A DNA stretch of 64,000 bases from Octopus sinensis (taxonomy: Eukaryota): positions 52,018,001 to 52,082,000 of the forward strand of contig NC_043015.1 in NCBI RefSeq assembly GCF_006345805.1, in the 5' to 3' direction. The notes beneath the pieces are model-generated. The model did not search any database. It was given only the letters and a program-made list of their open reading frames with translations, and was not told the DNA's origin. Position numbers and translations under genes: made by a program. Below, piece after piece: positions 52,523 to 64,000 of the stretch. How positions within the stretch are numbered: the first letter of the stretch is position 1; each line of letters opens with the position of its first letter.

Positions 52523-53522
52523 CATATGGCATAGTCGAAATATCGCCGTATTCCTTCCGCATTTACGCTCTGCGTTCAAATTCCGCAGACTTGGACTGCG
52601 GAATTTGAACTCTTCATTTCGTGGTCCATAAATACGTGCCAACTCAGCAGTGGAATCGATGTAATCTTTAAACTACATGCTCCAAAGCTTCGGGCCTTGT
52701 GCTTATTAAGGAAAGAATTATTACTATTAGAATGAGCAGCAACGCTGCACATTGCGCGGTTTTTATATTACTAATGTATTATTAGAAAGGATACCATCCT
52801 TTCCTTGAAAATGAGATCTATTTTCTTAACCATTGCAACCAAAAGTGTACCGTCCATTTGTCATACACCTTTTTTCTTAAGCCGGTAAAATATATTATGA
52901 GGGAGATTTGGCATCAAATCCTAGCAGGTCGAACGAACTCGTAAATCAAATGTAAAGAACTTTTTTGTATTTTTCGTAGTGAACGAATTGCATATGACTT
53001 TGCATCTGTGGCGTGAAATTAAAACTTGCATTTTACATGTTCCTTTTTCTACCACACGAAGAAGGCCTAAAAATTTTGGGCGAGAGGTAAGCTGATTACA
53101 TCGACTCCAGTGCTCAACTGGTACTTATTTCATCGATCCCGAAATGTTGAGTGATGATGCTGAATTTGATGCGGAATTTGAACTCAGAACTTTAATACGG
53201 GCGAAATGCCTTCTTTAATGTTACATATTAATGATTATGTAACATATTGTGCATGGCCTAGTGAGTAGGATGTCGCATTCACGATCGCTAGATCGTGGGT
53301 TCGACTCTTTGATTGGGCGGCTAGATGTGTTCAGGTGCAACACACTTCATTTTACGTTTGATCAGCAGGGAATGTTGACAAAGCTTTGGTCGGCCCCAGG
53401 CTATAGTAGAAGACACTTGCCAAAGGTGCCACGCAATGCGACTGAATCCGGACCCATGTGGTTAGGAAGCAAGCTTCTTACCACACAGTCACGCGTTTTC
53501 CTTTCCTTTTTCCTTTTTTTAG

Positions 53523-53583
53523 TTTTAGAGATTTCAAAGATCAGCAGTTTCAAATTTCAGCGCTGATAAAATACGATGCACAG
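53523..53583 (+). CDS. Candidate 61-nt exon (FRDFKDQQFQISALIKYDAQ), unverified
   Basis: Very strong acceptor (about 24-nt pure pyrimidine tract then AG) and donor CAG|GTAAGG; open frame, phase 2 to 0. Confidence 0.4.
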
Positions 53584-53981
53584 GTAAGGATCTGGCCACC
53601 GCCATTGAAATGTCCTCCTCATTCACTCGTATTAACATTATTACTAAGAGATGACAGGCAAATTTCGGTTTATTTGGATTAAAATTTACCTCGCAGCTCC
53701 TGAAAAGAAAAATCAATTATATATATTAAACGTTTATTCAAGAAGATACTTAAAAACTACGGATGTCCTATCTTATAAAATGAAATATATTATTGAGATA
53801 CGACCGAACTGCAATGATATCAGATAGCTTTATTAATTTAGTGGGGAATAGCATGTAGATAAGGAAGATAGCAGCACTATAAACAGTGTGTCTAGCGTAG
53901 ACTAAGGTCAGAATTTATGCTTCGTCAATTAAGATGACAGTTCACGATAAAGTTATACACGTAATAAAACGTGTGTGTGTT

Positions 53982-54057
<76 letters not shown>

Positions 54058-54226
54058 TACATGTATGAATATCTATATTGATATATAAACAAATATATGT
54101 TATGTGTATAATGCATGTGTGTTTGGGTATACAAAAATACAGATAAAGCTAACATACAAAACCACATAGGCATACACACAGCTATCAATCAATCTCTGTC
54201 TCGCTGTCTGTCTGTCTGTCTCTCTG

Positions 54227-54287
<61 letters not shown>

Positions 54288-54323
54288 TGTGTGTGTTAGA
54301 GACAGACAGTCAGGCATAGATAA

Positions 54324-54378
<55 letters not shown>

Positions 54379-54840
54379 TATGTATACGTGTGTATATAGA
54401 TACATAATTGTTTATATGATATATATATTTATACACAAATACTTCCATACCAGATTTTTATTACACGTTTTTGTCAATTATATGCATATTCTGTGATAGC
54501 CACACGTGTGTATTTGCTTGTGTGAATATGTGTGGAAGTATCTGTACGTGGCATGCATATTGTTTATCAATGTCTTTGTATGTCTGCATATATGTACGTA
54601 CGTACGTATGTGTATATAAATGTATGTATGTATGTATGTATGTATGAATGTGAGATGTGGGTGGTGAGTAAAATTTTATGATGTGCTGCTATTAATCCAC
54701 TGACTCATGCAGATCTGCTAAAGATATAGCTAACTTCCTTTCACAGATATTAAAACTTTCCAAACAGGTTATATTCAAATGATTATTTATCATACTCCTT
54801 CCAATATTTCAAGTGTCATCAAAATAATGAATATAAAGGA

Positions 54841-54860
54841 GGGGTGGGTGCGTGGGTGGG
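54841..54860 (+). other. Canonical G-quadruplex motif
   Basis: GGGG-T-GGG-TGCGT-GGG-T-GGG. Confidence 0.6.
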
Positions 54861-55046
54861 TGAAAACCGTGCATAAACACACATATATATGTATATATAT
54901 AGAGAGAGACAGAGAATTGTGAGAGAGAGAAAAATACCCGCCAAATTCCCAATTATATATCACCGTGCCCAATACTTTGATAGGTTTTCCAATATTTACT
55001 ATGATAGAAAAAAAAAGGTAATAAAATTTATGTCCGTCTTCAAAGG

Positions 55047-55185
55047 CTAATCATTAATGTTATTATGAGTCAGAAGCAGAGGAAGTGCCAGCCCATAGTC
55101 TGGACCATCAAGCATACAGGCTACTTGCTCGACATCTAAAACCATTTGCGCAGCGCCGGATGGGTCGATATTACTGCAATGCTGT
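55047..55185 (-). CDS. Candidate exon (QHCSNIDPSGAAQMVLDVEQVACMLDGPDYGLALPLLLTHNNIND*), unverified
   Basis: GC-richer non-repeat island with a protein-like frame; acceptor only moderate (TACACTTCAG|). Confidence 0.25.
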
Positions 55186-55779
55186 CTGAAGTGTACTTAA
55201 TGCTTAATGCATACCTACAAATCTTCAAAGAAGTCAAGTATTACTATTACCTTTTGCTCTTTTATTTTACTTTTTTTTTTCTATTTTTCTTCTTCTTTAT
55301 TCAGACTATGAATATCTCCTATCGTAATATCGTATCTATTAGTACAACATTGGTTTAGTAGCTGCTGATTTCTTTTTTGTCAAGTCTCTAACAGTTTTCT
55401 ATAAACTAGACAACGATGTGAAAACTGTATGTATAAAACTTAAATATGCAACTTTACACAAAAGTTTTGTTAGATATTTGGCCTTTGAGGTTCCCCGCCT
55501 TGCCCCAGCTCTCAACATTACAGACTTAATTCAAGGGGCGTTCTGTCTGTTTTGAAAAGTTTGTAATTTGACAGTGGGAGATTAAAAGGTCAAAAGAAGA
55601 AACGAAAACCGCCAAAATCAACTAGAAATAGAAGAACCAAACTATCCACTCCCCCACATCTTTTTGAAATTCTGCTAATATAGTTATTCAAATTCATGAG
55701 GTTTACGTCGAACTGCAAGAGTACAAGCAATAACGTGTCTATTCATTCTCAATAATGATAATGCTTTCTAATTTAGGCA

Positions 55780-56720
55780 CGGGGCCCGCAATTTTGAGGG
55801 GATTGGCCTGTCGATAACATCACCTTAGTACTTGTCTGGTGTATTATTTTCTAGACCCGTGTAGGATTAAATGAAAATTCGACCTTGGTGGCATTTGAAC
55901 TCAGAACGTAAAGAACACACCAGCGTTTCTGCCAGCTCGTCACTTAATAAGCCTTCCCACTATACGAACAAGGCCTCGGGTTATGGGGGAAGGAGAGGTC
56001 ATCAGATCGACCCCAGTATATAAGTGGTACTCTGAAAGCGGATGAAAGGCGAAGTTAACTTCGACTAAATTTGGACTCAGAACTCGAATCGGACGAAATG
56101 CCGCTAAGTATTTTTTTCCGGCGTGCTAACGGTTCTGTCAGCCCGCAGCCTTGCTCACCTTTCTATTTATGGTTTAGAATTTTATCACAAGGCCAGCAGT
56201 TCCAGAGGTGGGGACTAGTCGACTATATCGACCCCAGTGTTCAACTGATACATATTTTATCGACTCCAAAAGGATGGAAATTGTAAAGCCGGACGAAATG
56301 CCGCGAAGCATTTTCCCGGTGTGCTAGCGATTCTGTCAGCGTGCCGCCTTAAAACGTGTTATAAAATGAAACAACTTGTTTATATAATTTATAAGAAATC
56401 ATTATAATTAACTATTAACTGTCAGAAAATTATAATTATTTTCCCAGAAATATGTAGTGTTTCAAATCCTAGCGCAAGGCCAGCAGTTTTTGAGAGGAGG
56501 AGTAAGTCGAATATATAATTGCTTTACATTTTTGCTCAAGGCCTGAAATTTTGAAGCTGATTTCATCAAACCTAGTGCTCGACTGGTACTTATTTTATCG
56601 ACCCTGAAATGATGACAGCCAAAGTTGACCCCGGCTGAATTTGAACCCAGAAAGGAAAGACGAACGAAATGCCGCTAAACATTTTGCCGGGCGTGCTAAA
56701 GATTCTGTTTCCTCATTGCC
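55780..56720 (-). mobile_element. Cluster of 4-5 degenerate SINE family A copies in the same orientation
   Basis: Repeated ...CGACCCCAGT...GAACTCAGAAC...GACGAAATGCCGC...GGCGTGCTAA motifs. Confidence 0.75.
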
Positions 56721-57594
56721 TTGGAAGTGAAATATATATTAATAGCAGAAATGCTCGTCAGATGGACGAAACATTCACAGATTCTATCGATACGACTTTT
56801 AATCCTCATGAGGATTAAAAGGAGGGACGTAATCCGGAGAAATCCTTCAATGAAACTAGAAGATTATTGTCTCCAATTAGCATTTTGCGATAACTTGTAA
56901 ATATCATAATCTTATTAGTGTTCATAACTGTAATTTTAGATATATATATATACTCATATAATATCGCTCCCAAAATCATGCGATACGATACAAAGTAACA
57001 TACATCCACAGAACTCAATTCCGCTCGCCAAATTTTAACCGCCGAAGCCCTACAAACTGCACACTGGGAGCAGTGTGTAGATTCACCAGCAAAGCTTTGT
57101 ATGACATTGAGGTAATTTGGGATAAAAGTCACTTAATTAAAAACAGCATTTTCATAACGTAAACAATTTTTTCCTGTTTAGGGATAAGTTTAGGGGCAGA
57201 ATACACTGCTTCTATGTTTTGCTTCGGCTGGAAACACTTGGATCAAAGCAACGACAGTCTTATCATCAGGTGAAACATCTTTGACAGAAATACACCTTAC
57301 TCTGTTCCCGCAAGAAGCTATATGTAATTTAGCGGTTCGACAAAAGAGATCGATGAAATAAGACCCAGGCTTAAAAGAAAATAAGTACTGGCTTCTATTC
57401 ATTTGACTAAAATTTATTCGAGGTTGTGCCCCAGCTTGGCCGAATTCTAATTATTGAAACAAGTATAAGTTAAAAGATGAACGATAGTGCTATAACCAGT
57501 ACTATTTATTAATAGAGAAACTTCTACAGACAGACAGATACAAAGATAGATAGATAAATAGAGACAGACAGACAGATATACATAGATAGAATGG

Positions 57595-57712
<118 letters not shown>

Positions 57713-57745
57713 TATATAGAGAGATAGATGGATATAGATAGATAA

Positions 57746-57828
<83 letters not shown>

Positions 57829-58282
57829 TACATGTATACATAGATACATATCCCAAATGTTGATGAAGCTTTGTCTATTAATATTCTGAAGAAACAAGTG
57901 TAACATTAGCAGACCCGTACACAATTCACCCTTAACCAAACTGAGTTTATATCCTTTCCACATACTCTCATATATTTAATCAGCACCTGACTGGAGTCAA
58001 AATCACGAGGTCATATATAAACGCAAATTCATAGGGAACCTGAAACCACTATCCCGCTTACCTCACAGCTAAAATTAGGGTCCTGGCATTATAGGGGTAC
58101 TCTGACAACTCTCACGTTATTCAGTTATCAAACACTAGAGATGATCGACTACATTGCACCTCTAGAATGTCTCTGAAACGTAGAAGCATATAGAACAATC
58201 GTTTAGAGTCGTTATTTCATCAAATTATTCCTGTGTAATGAAACTGCTGTTCAAGTCCCCCACATATTCTCAATACGCGTCG

Positions 58283-58663
58283 TAGCACTCCGTCGGTTAC
58301 GACAATGAGTGTTCCAGTTGATCCGATCAATGGAACAGCCTGCTCGTGAAAGTAACGTGCAGGTGGCTGAGCTCTCCACAGACGCGTGTACTCTTAACGT
58401 AGTTCTCGAGAAGATTCAGCGTGACACAGATTGTAACAAAGCTGGCCCTTTGAAATACAGGTACAACAGAAACAGGAAGAAAGAGTGAAAGGAAGTTCTG
58501 GTAAAAGAATACAGCAAGGTTCGCCACCACCTCCTGCCGCAGCCTCGTGTTTCTTTTAGGTGCTTTCGCTCAATAAACACCCACAACATCCAGTCTGGGA
58601 ATCGAAGCCGTTGTCCTATGACCACGAGTCCGCTGCTCTAACCACTAGGCCATTGCGCCTCCA
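58283..58663 (-). mobile_element. Full-length SINE family C
   Basis: Similarity to 6622-6995. Confidence 0.85.
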
Positions 58664-59004
58664 CATTCTCAATACTACACGATATTTGAATTGCTTTTAC
58701 ATGTTAGTTTTTGTGCTTTCCTTTTCCGTTCTTCGTTTTCCGTTTCTTTTTAACCTTCCGTGTTTTCTCTATGCTGTGACCTCAGTTTTTTTTCTTTGCA
58801 TTTCTTCTATTATTCATTTTTTAGTTCGTTATGATACGTGGATTGTACCTGATGGATACAATTTGAGATATTTCTCAATATATGAAACTATTAGTAGCAC
58901 TTAAATACATGTATTGCGTCCTTTAAATAATTAATATTTATCTCTCACCGGACGGAGTACATTTTGTTGAATTTTTTAAAATCATGGAACAGTACATTTT
59001 ATAT

Positions 59005-59049
<45 letters not shown>

Positions 59050-59955
59050 TTACATAAATATGTGTGTGTGTGTGTTTGTGTGTGTGAAAATTTGAAAATC
59101 TAATCTATATAATAACGTTCCCGGGTTGTGTAGAGCACTACACTGGACAACCAAGAAGCGCTTTACGTCAACGAATAACTCTGAATAGATCGCAACTAAA
59201 AATGCAGAGTTACAGAAAAACAGGCCTCAGTGAAAGCGTAGACACATGGAGAGGCAACAAACAACACAACTTCACGATTTTCTCTCTCAATCAATTTAAC
59301 AGTAATACAAATGAATGCCGGCGCATTGAAACAAAGAAATGTCCCTCATTATTAAAAACTTAGCGTGTCATAATAATCATTACGGAGAAAGCGAGAAGGA
59401 AAAAAAAACAGCACCAATATAACTGCGATCCATACTGAGGCCACAACTACGACTACAGCTTGGCTTGTACATCAAAAACTGCTATAGCCAACACCACTGC
59501 GACTAGTAAAGATCAAAGAGTATAATCGGCCACTGGGAACTCTGTCACTGTTAGTACTACTAGTTTTCCTCTACTTCGCCAAGGACGAACCGATATACAA
59601 CCGCTGCCATCACCCGAGAGAGTCGCAACCACCATCAACCTACTAAAGATAGTACAATTGTCGCTCCTACCACGATCTGCTTGCTATCGCTTTCAGTAAA
59701 CAGCCATAACTACCAGCTAGCAACAATAAGAAGGACACCAAATTACACAGCACCATGCAATGTTATATGTACTTCCAGAACTGATATTATGAAAGATTAA
59801 TTTAATTTATTTAATAAATTTTTCTTTCCAGTTTATTCCAGTATATAAAGGTTGTCTTAAGCAACCGAAAACAGTGCTTATTTTCTTTCTCTTTTCCATG
59901 ATTACTTTCGGTGACTTATGGCGTGTGATATCACTTACAGAAGTAGGTTGCTCAC

Positions 59956-60030
59956 CGGCTACTTATCTTCTAACAGCAGCCTAGTGACGGCAGGCAAGCC
60001 GGAACTTCGAAGCCATTGTCAAACGTTTCC
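59956..60030 (-). other. Candidate non-coding 75-nt exon
   Basis: ATTATATTTTACAG| acceptor and CCG|GTGAGC donor; stops in all three frames; contains the 11-codon uORF-like MASKFRLACRH*. Confidence 0.3.
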
Positions 60031-60379
60031 CTGTAAAATATAATGAATATGTACTTTAATGTAAATGTCGAATAATACTCAATACTTCGATACTTCGCTA
60101 CTTCACTGGTATCTTATATATTATTTATGATATTAAGTATACATAGAAAATTGATTTCAGCAGTGGATAAAAGAGCCACTTCAACTAATTCACCGTTGTA
60201 CGTACGTACGTATGTATGTATGTATGTATGTATGTATGTATGTATGTATGTATGTATGTATTTATGTATTTATAAATATACATATATATATGTATAAATA
60301 TACATTTATACATATATATGTATATACATTTATACATGTATATGTATATGCAATATACATTTTCAAAATGTAACCACGT

Positions 60380-60590
60380 GTGAATTGTTGGAGATTTTCT
60401 TCCTCCGTGTTCACTTCTTTTCGCCTTTCTTCTCTTTCTGAAGAAGAGCTTTGCTCGAAACGTTAAATCCTCTTTCTTTCCTTTCCCGAGCGTCTGATAG
60501 TACATTACTTGTACCATGTACTCGCGTTGTTGTTTTCTCATGTTTGTTCGTCTATGTTTGGATTCACTATATGTAATATATATGTACATA
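60380..60590 (+). mobile_element. PLE-terminal-type repeat with hammerhead motif
   Basis: Same family as 295-530; ends in TA/TG microsatellite. Confidence 0.6.
60435..60467 (+). ncRNA. Minimal hammerhead motif
   Basis: UUU-CUGAAGA-A-GAGC-UUU-GCUC-GAAA-CGUU-AAA; core intact, stem I only 3 bp. Confidence 0.6.
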
Positions 60591-60693
60591 TATAAATATA
60601 CACAATATGAATACAATATATAAACACGCACACATACATACACACACATATATATATACATACATACATACATACATATATTATATATGTATG

Positions 60694-60777
<84 letters not shown>

Positions 60778-61306
60778 ATATATATATGTATGTATATATA
60801 TGTATATATATGCATGTATGCTTATATCTGTAGCAGTTTCTCAACCGATTGTGGTTGAGATACCAACTTTCTACATGCCACCGTGGAACATAGATTTTAA
60901 GTGAACTTTTAAAAGAATGTTTTCAACACATATGTGTATAAAGTAAATATACATAGTAACGGTTATTTAGAATACTTTTCTCGCAGGATTGCGTGTTCGT
61001 TTCTTTATTTTCTTATCTGTGATTTCATTTTTGATCTATATAAATTAAGTTATTTCCTCCGTGTGGCTGCTTTTCTCTCTTCAAAACGGCAAGTAACATT
61101 GCGGAACAGTCACTTTAACTGAGTTGTATTTATTTATCACCCGAAAAGATACATATGCACCACCGGATGCTCCCGAACCAGTTGTTGATTTGCCCACCCA
61201 TGAGGAATCGATTCTAGGTGTGTCGAAACAATTGTCGGGATTAATAATAAATTCTCCTATATTTCATCTTCTGTCTTTTTTAGCGATATATTTACGTATA
61301 TATACA

Positions 61307-61530
61307 CAGGGCGTGCGAAAGTAGATTAACAGTATGGCATCAATGTTATAATACTTAATTCCTTACAATTATTAGCACATTAAATCGCCTAGTTTCATGA
61401 ATCATAATTTTACATTTATCATAACTATAATAATACTTTTATGGTAACCTTTAATTTTTTTGATAAAATAATTGAGTAATGTACGTGTTTTCGTTTTTCA
61501 TAACTGTACATCTACTTTTGCATCACCCTG
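61307..61530. mobile_element. Tc1-derived MITE
   Basis: TIRs CAGGGCGTGCGAAAGTAGATTAACAGT versus CAGGGTGATGCAAAAGTAGATGTACAGT; TA after the right end. Confidence 0.75.
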
Positions 61531-61542
61531 TATATATATATA

Positions 61543-62050
61543 TGCAACAGATCTGCTACTGGGAAAGACTGAAACTATTAAAACTCTTCTCCCTAGAGCG
61601 AAGGCGGGAGAGATATGTGGTGATATACATCTGGAAAATCCTGGAGGGTCTTGTCCCAAACTTTGGCATTCAAAGTTACCCCAACCGCAGAACGGGGCGC
61701 CACTGCATGGTGCCAAAGATTCCAACATCACCATCAAAATACAGGGCCAGATACTGCAACAGCTTGGGTTTCAGAGGACCACAGCTCTTCAACATCCTCC
61801 CTAAATGCTTGAAAGACTTGCATGGTGTGGATGTTGGTTTCTTTAAAACTAAACTGGATCTCTTCTTGTCGGGGGTCCCAGATGAACCTACCTCACGGCA
61901 GGAGACGCAGATGCGGGCAGCGGCATCGAACTCCCTTTTTGACCAAGTGCCACGTATCAGAGGTGGATTCACATATTAGTGTAGCTCATTCAGCGGTGGT
62001 GCCGCAGCATGGCCGCAGCGTGGCTGCAGCCTTCGAGTTGAAACATTTTT
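61543..62050 (+). mobile_element. 5'-truncated CR1/L2-group LINE (3' end of ORF2, open to the stop at 61979, plus 3' UTR)
   Basis: YWERLKLLKLFSLERRRERYVVIYIWKILEGLVPN...SLGFRGPQLFNILP...FKTKLDLFL, a CR1-type C-terminal motif; frame intact. Confidence 0.88.
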
Positions 62051-62071
62051 AAGGATATATATATTTTAATA

Positions 62072-62137
<66 letters not shown>

Positions 62138-63481
62138 GCATATATATATGTGTGTATTGACACACACCCATGAAATCATATTTAAGGCCATTCACATTTT
62201 AACGTTATCAGTTATATACAAATAAATCGCTGGTGGGATTGAGCCTCGAGATACAAAGATAAAGTCAGTGTTGGTGAAATTAAAATAGCAACAACAACGG
62301 CACCATATTATTGCTGCTGCTGTTGTTGTTGTTGTCGTCGTCGTCGTCATCATTGCCGTTCTCATTCGAGTTTTCGTTTCCAATTTATATCTTTGTCTTC
62401 GCAATATTTCAAGGTGTTTAATAATAATAAGTTTCTGTATTACGACTTTAGTCGCTCAACGTGGCTCCAATAATGCAATAACTGTGTTTTCTAGCCTCCA
62501 GCTAGAACATACAGTTATCCGCAGAGTTTTACACTCCCCCATATATATTAGATATATCAACAACAACAACAACAACAACCATAATCATAATAATAATAAT
62601 GATGACGATGATGATGGTGATTATGATGAGGGTAATGATATTAATAATAATAACTACTGAGGATATATTCAATATATTTACGTATGTACGAGTATGTACG
62701 TGCAGATACGAAGGACCGTAAGTGTTGAAAAAGAAAATATGAAATTTTAGTGCGTGAGTGAAGAACGAATCAATATAAACAAACACATACATATATACAT
62801 ATACACACACATGCACGAACGCATACAAGCACTCACACGTATATATATTACACACACACCCACACAAAAACACATGTATATAGATAGAGATATTCACATA
62901 TGCCTATGCACGCTCTATACACACATTACTAGTTCACAGACAAATTGAGTATTTTTAAGATCTGTCCTCTGTTTTCTAAAGTTATTGACTTTTTTTCTAT
63001 CTTGAAATGACACCTATCCAACCCTTTGCGTTTCAAGGCAAGCACGATAAAAAAAAATGGTTTATTACCAGTTTTCAATATGGTAAATATCTTGAAAATA
63101 CAGAATATCAGAGTTTGGAACCAATTATTAATAATATTTTTTGGATATTTCCTGTATAAGGTGGAATAGAAATATACTGCAAATTGAATTATTCCTAAGC
63201 AAATAATTCGTTCCGTATATTTTTATGAGTGTCGGTGTAGAGTTAAAGAAGAGAAAGGAAAAAAAAAGCTGCAACGGATTCGGTGAAATTGGACTAAGAT
63301 GTCTTGTGGTTGTTTTGAGATTATGCAAACCACGTGATCAGTGGTTGCTATTTACTTGTACTACGCCTTATGAAAATATTCCGACATTCCGACATACATG
63401 GATATCTATATTGATGTATGCATGTGTGTGTGATTAAATATATATATATATAAAAAAAGAGTATATATATATATATATATA

Positions 63482-63526
<45 letters not shown>

Positions 63527-63528
63527 AC

Positions 63529-63585
<57 letters not shown>

Positions 63586-63594
63586 TATATATAT

Positions 63595-63722
63595 ATAAAG
63601 TTAATCCAAACAAGAAAACACAGAAAAAAAGAGAAAAAAACACAGCAACGCAGGACGTGGAACAATTAAAGTATTATTGACGCTCAGGAAAGAAGGGAAG
63701 GAGGGTTTAACGTTTCAAGCGT
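63595..63722 (-). mobile_element. PLE-terminal-type repeat fragment, truncated by (TA)n inside the hammerhead
   Basis: Similarity to 300-430; only the GAAACGUUAAAC half of the motif remains. Confidence 0.6.
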
Positions 63723-63732
63723 ATATACATAT

Positions 63733-63781
<49 letters not shown>

Positions 63782-64000
63782 ACACGCACACTCACATGCA
63801 CATATACACGTACATACACACACTCGCGCGCTCATATGCAAATATATATATATATATATATATATGCCTAAATACAATTTATCAGCGCTGTAAGTTGTTA
63901 GTTTTTTCATGCTGGGATAACACATTCCAGGTTTTTCCGCCCGTGTGCCTCAGCAGGACACAAGATGCAGGCGCGAACAGATACACATCACCGCATCCAT

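Noticed and set aside
57200-57300. Minus-strand CUGAUGA and a VSPDDKTVV WD40-like peptide
   Set aside because: No stem II/GAAA geometry; the peptide match is too short and lies within a degenerate SINE region.
59410-59750. Thr-rich mucin-like sequence
   Set aside because: Stops and frameshifts; consistent with a decayed (ACN)n repeat.
63930-64000. GC-richer end reading ...DTHHRIH, zinc-finger-like
   Set aside because: Lacks the CxxC spacing and is cut off by the window edge.

Overview
AT-rich, microsatellite-saturated animal genomic DNA (intronic or intergenic). The repeat families look like those I recall from Octopus genomes; this is an inference and was not checked. No protein-coding gene can be identified with confidence, and almost all ORF-track entries are translations of (TA)n/(CA)n/(TATC)n/(AAT)n tracts. 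The window holds about 50 copies or fragments of at least four tRNA-derived SINE families; 3' fragments of RTE, CR1/L2-like and two RLE-type (R4/Dong-like) LINEs; decayed Tc1/mariner transposases; MITEs and foldbacks; two non-autonomous Helitron-like copies; and several local duplications, two of which may be long-read assembly artefacts. The most unusual signal is a set of about 10 minimal type-I hammerhead ribozyme motifs of the Penelope-like kind (CUGANGA...GAAA with a palindromic stem III) in at least four unrelated sequence contexts. One sits inside a tRNA-headed SINE, and another sits in an inverted-plus-direct duplication reminiscent of Penelope insertions. A few splice-signal-bounded exon candidates are listed at low confidence. 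Repeat boundaries were read by eye and are approximate (about 10-20 bp).
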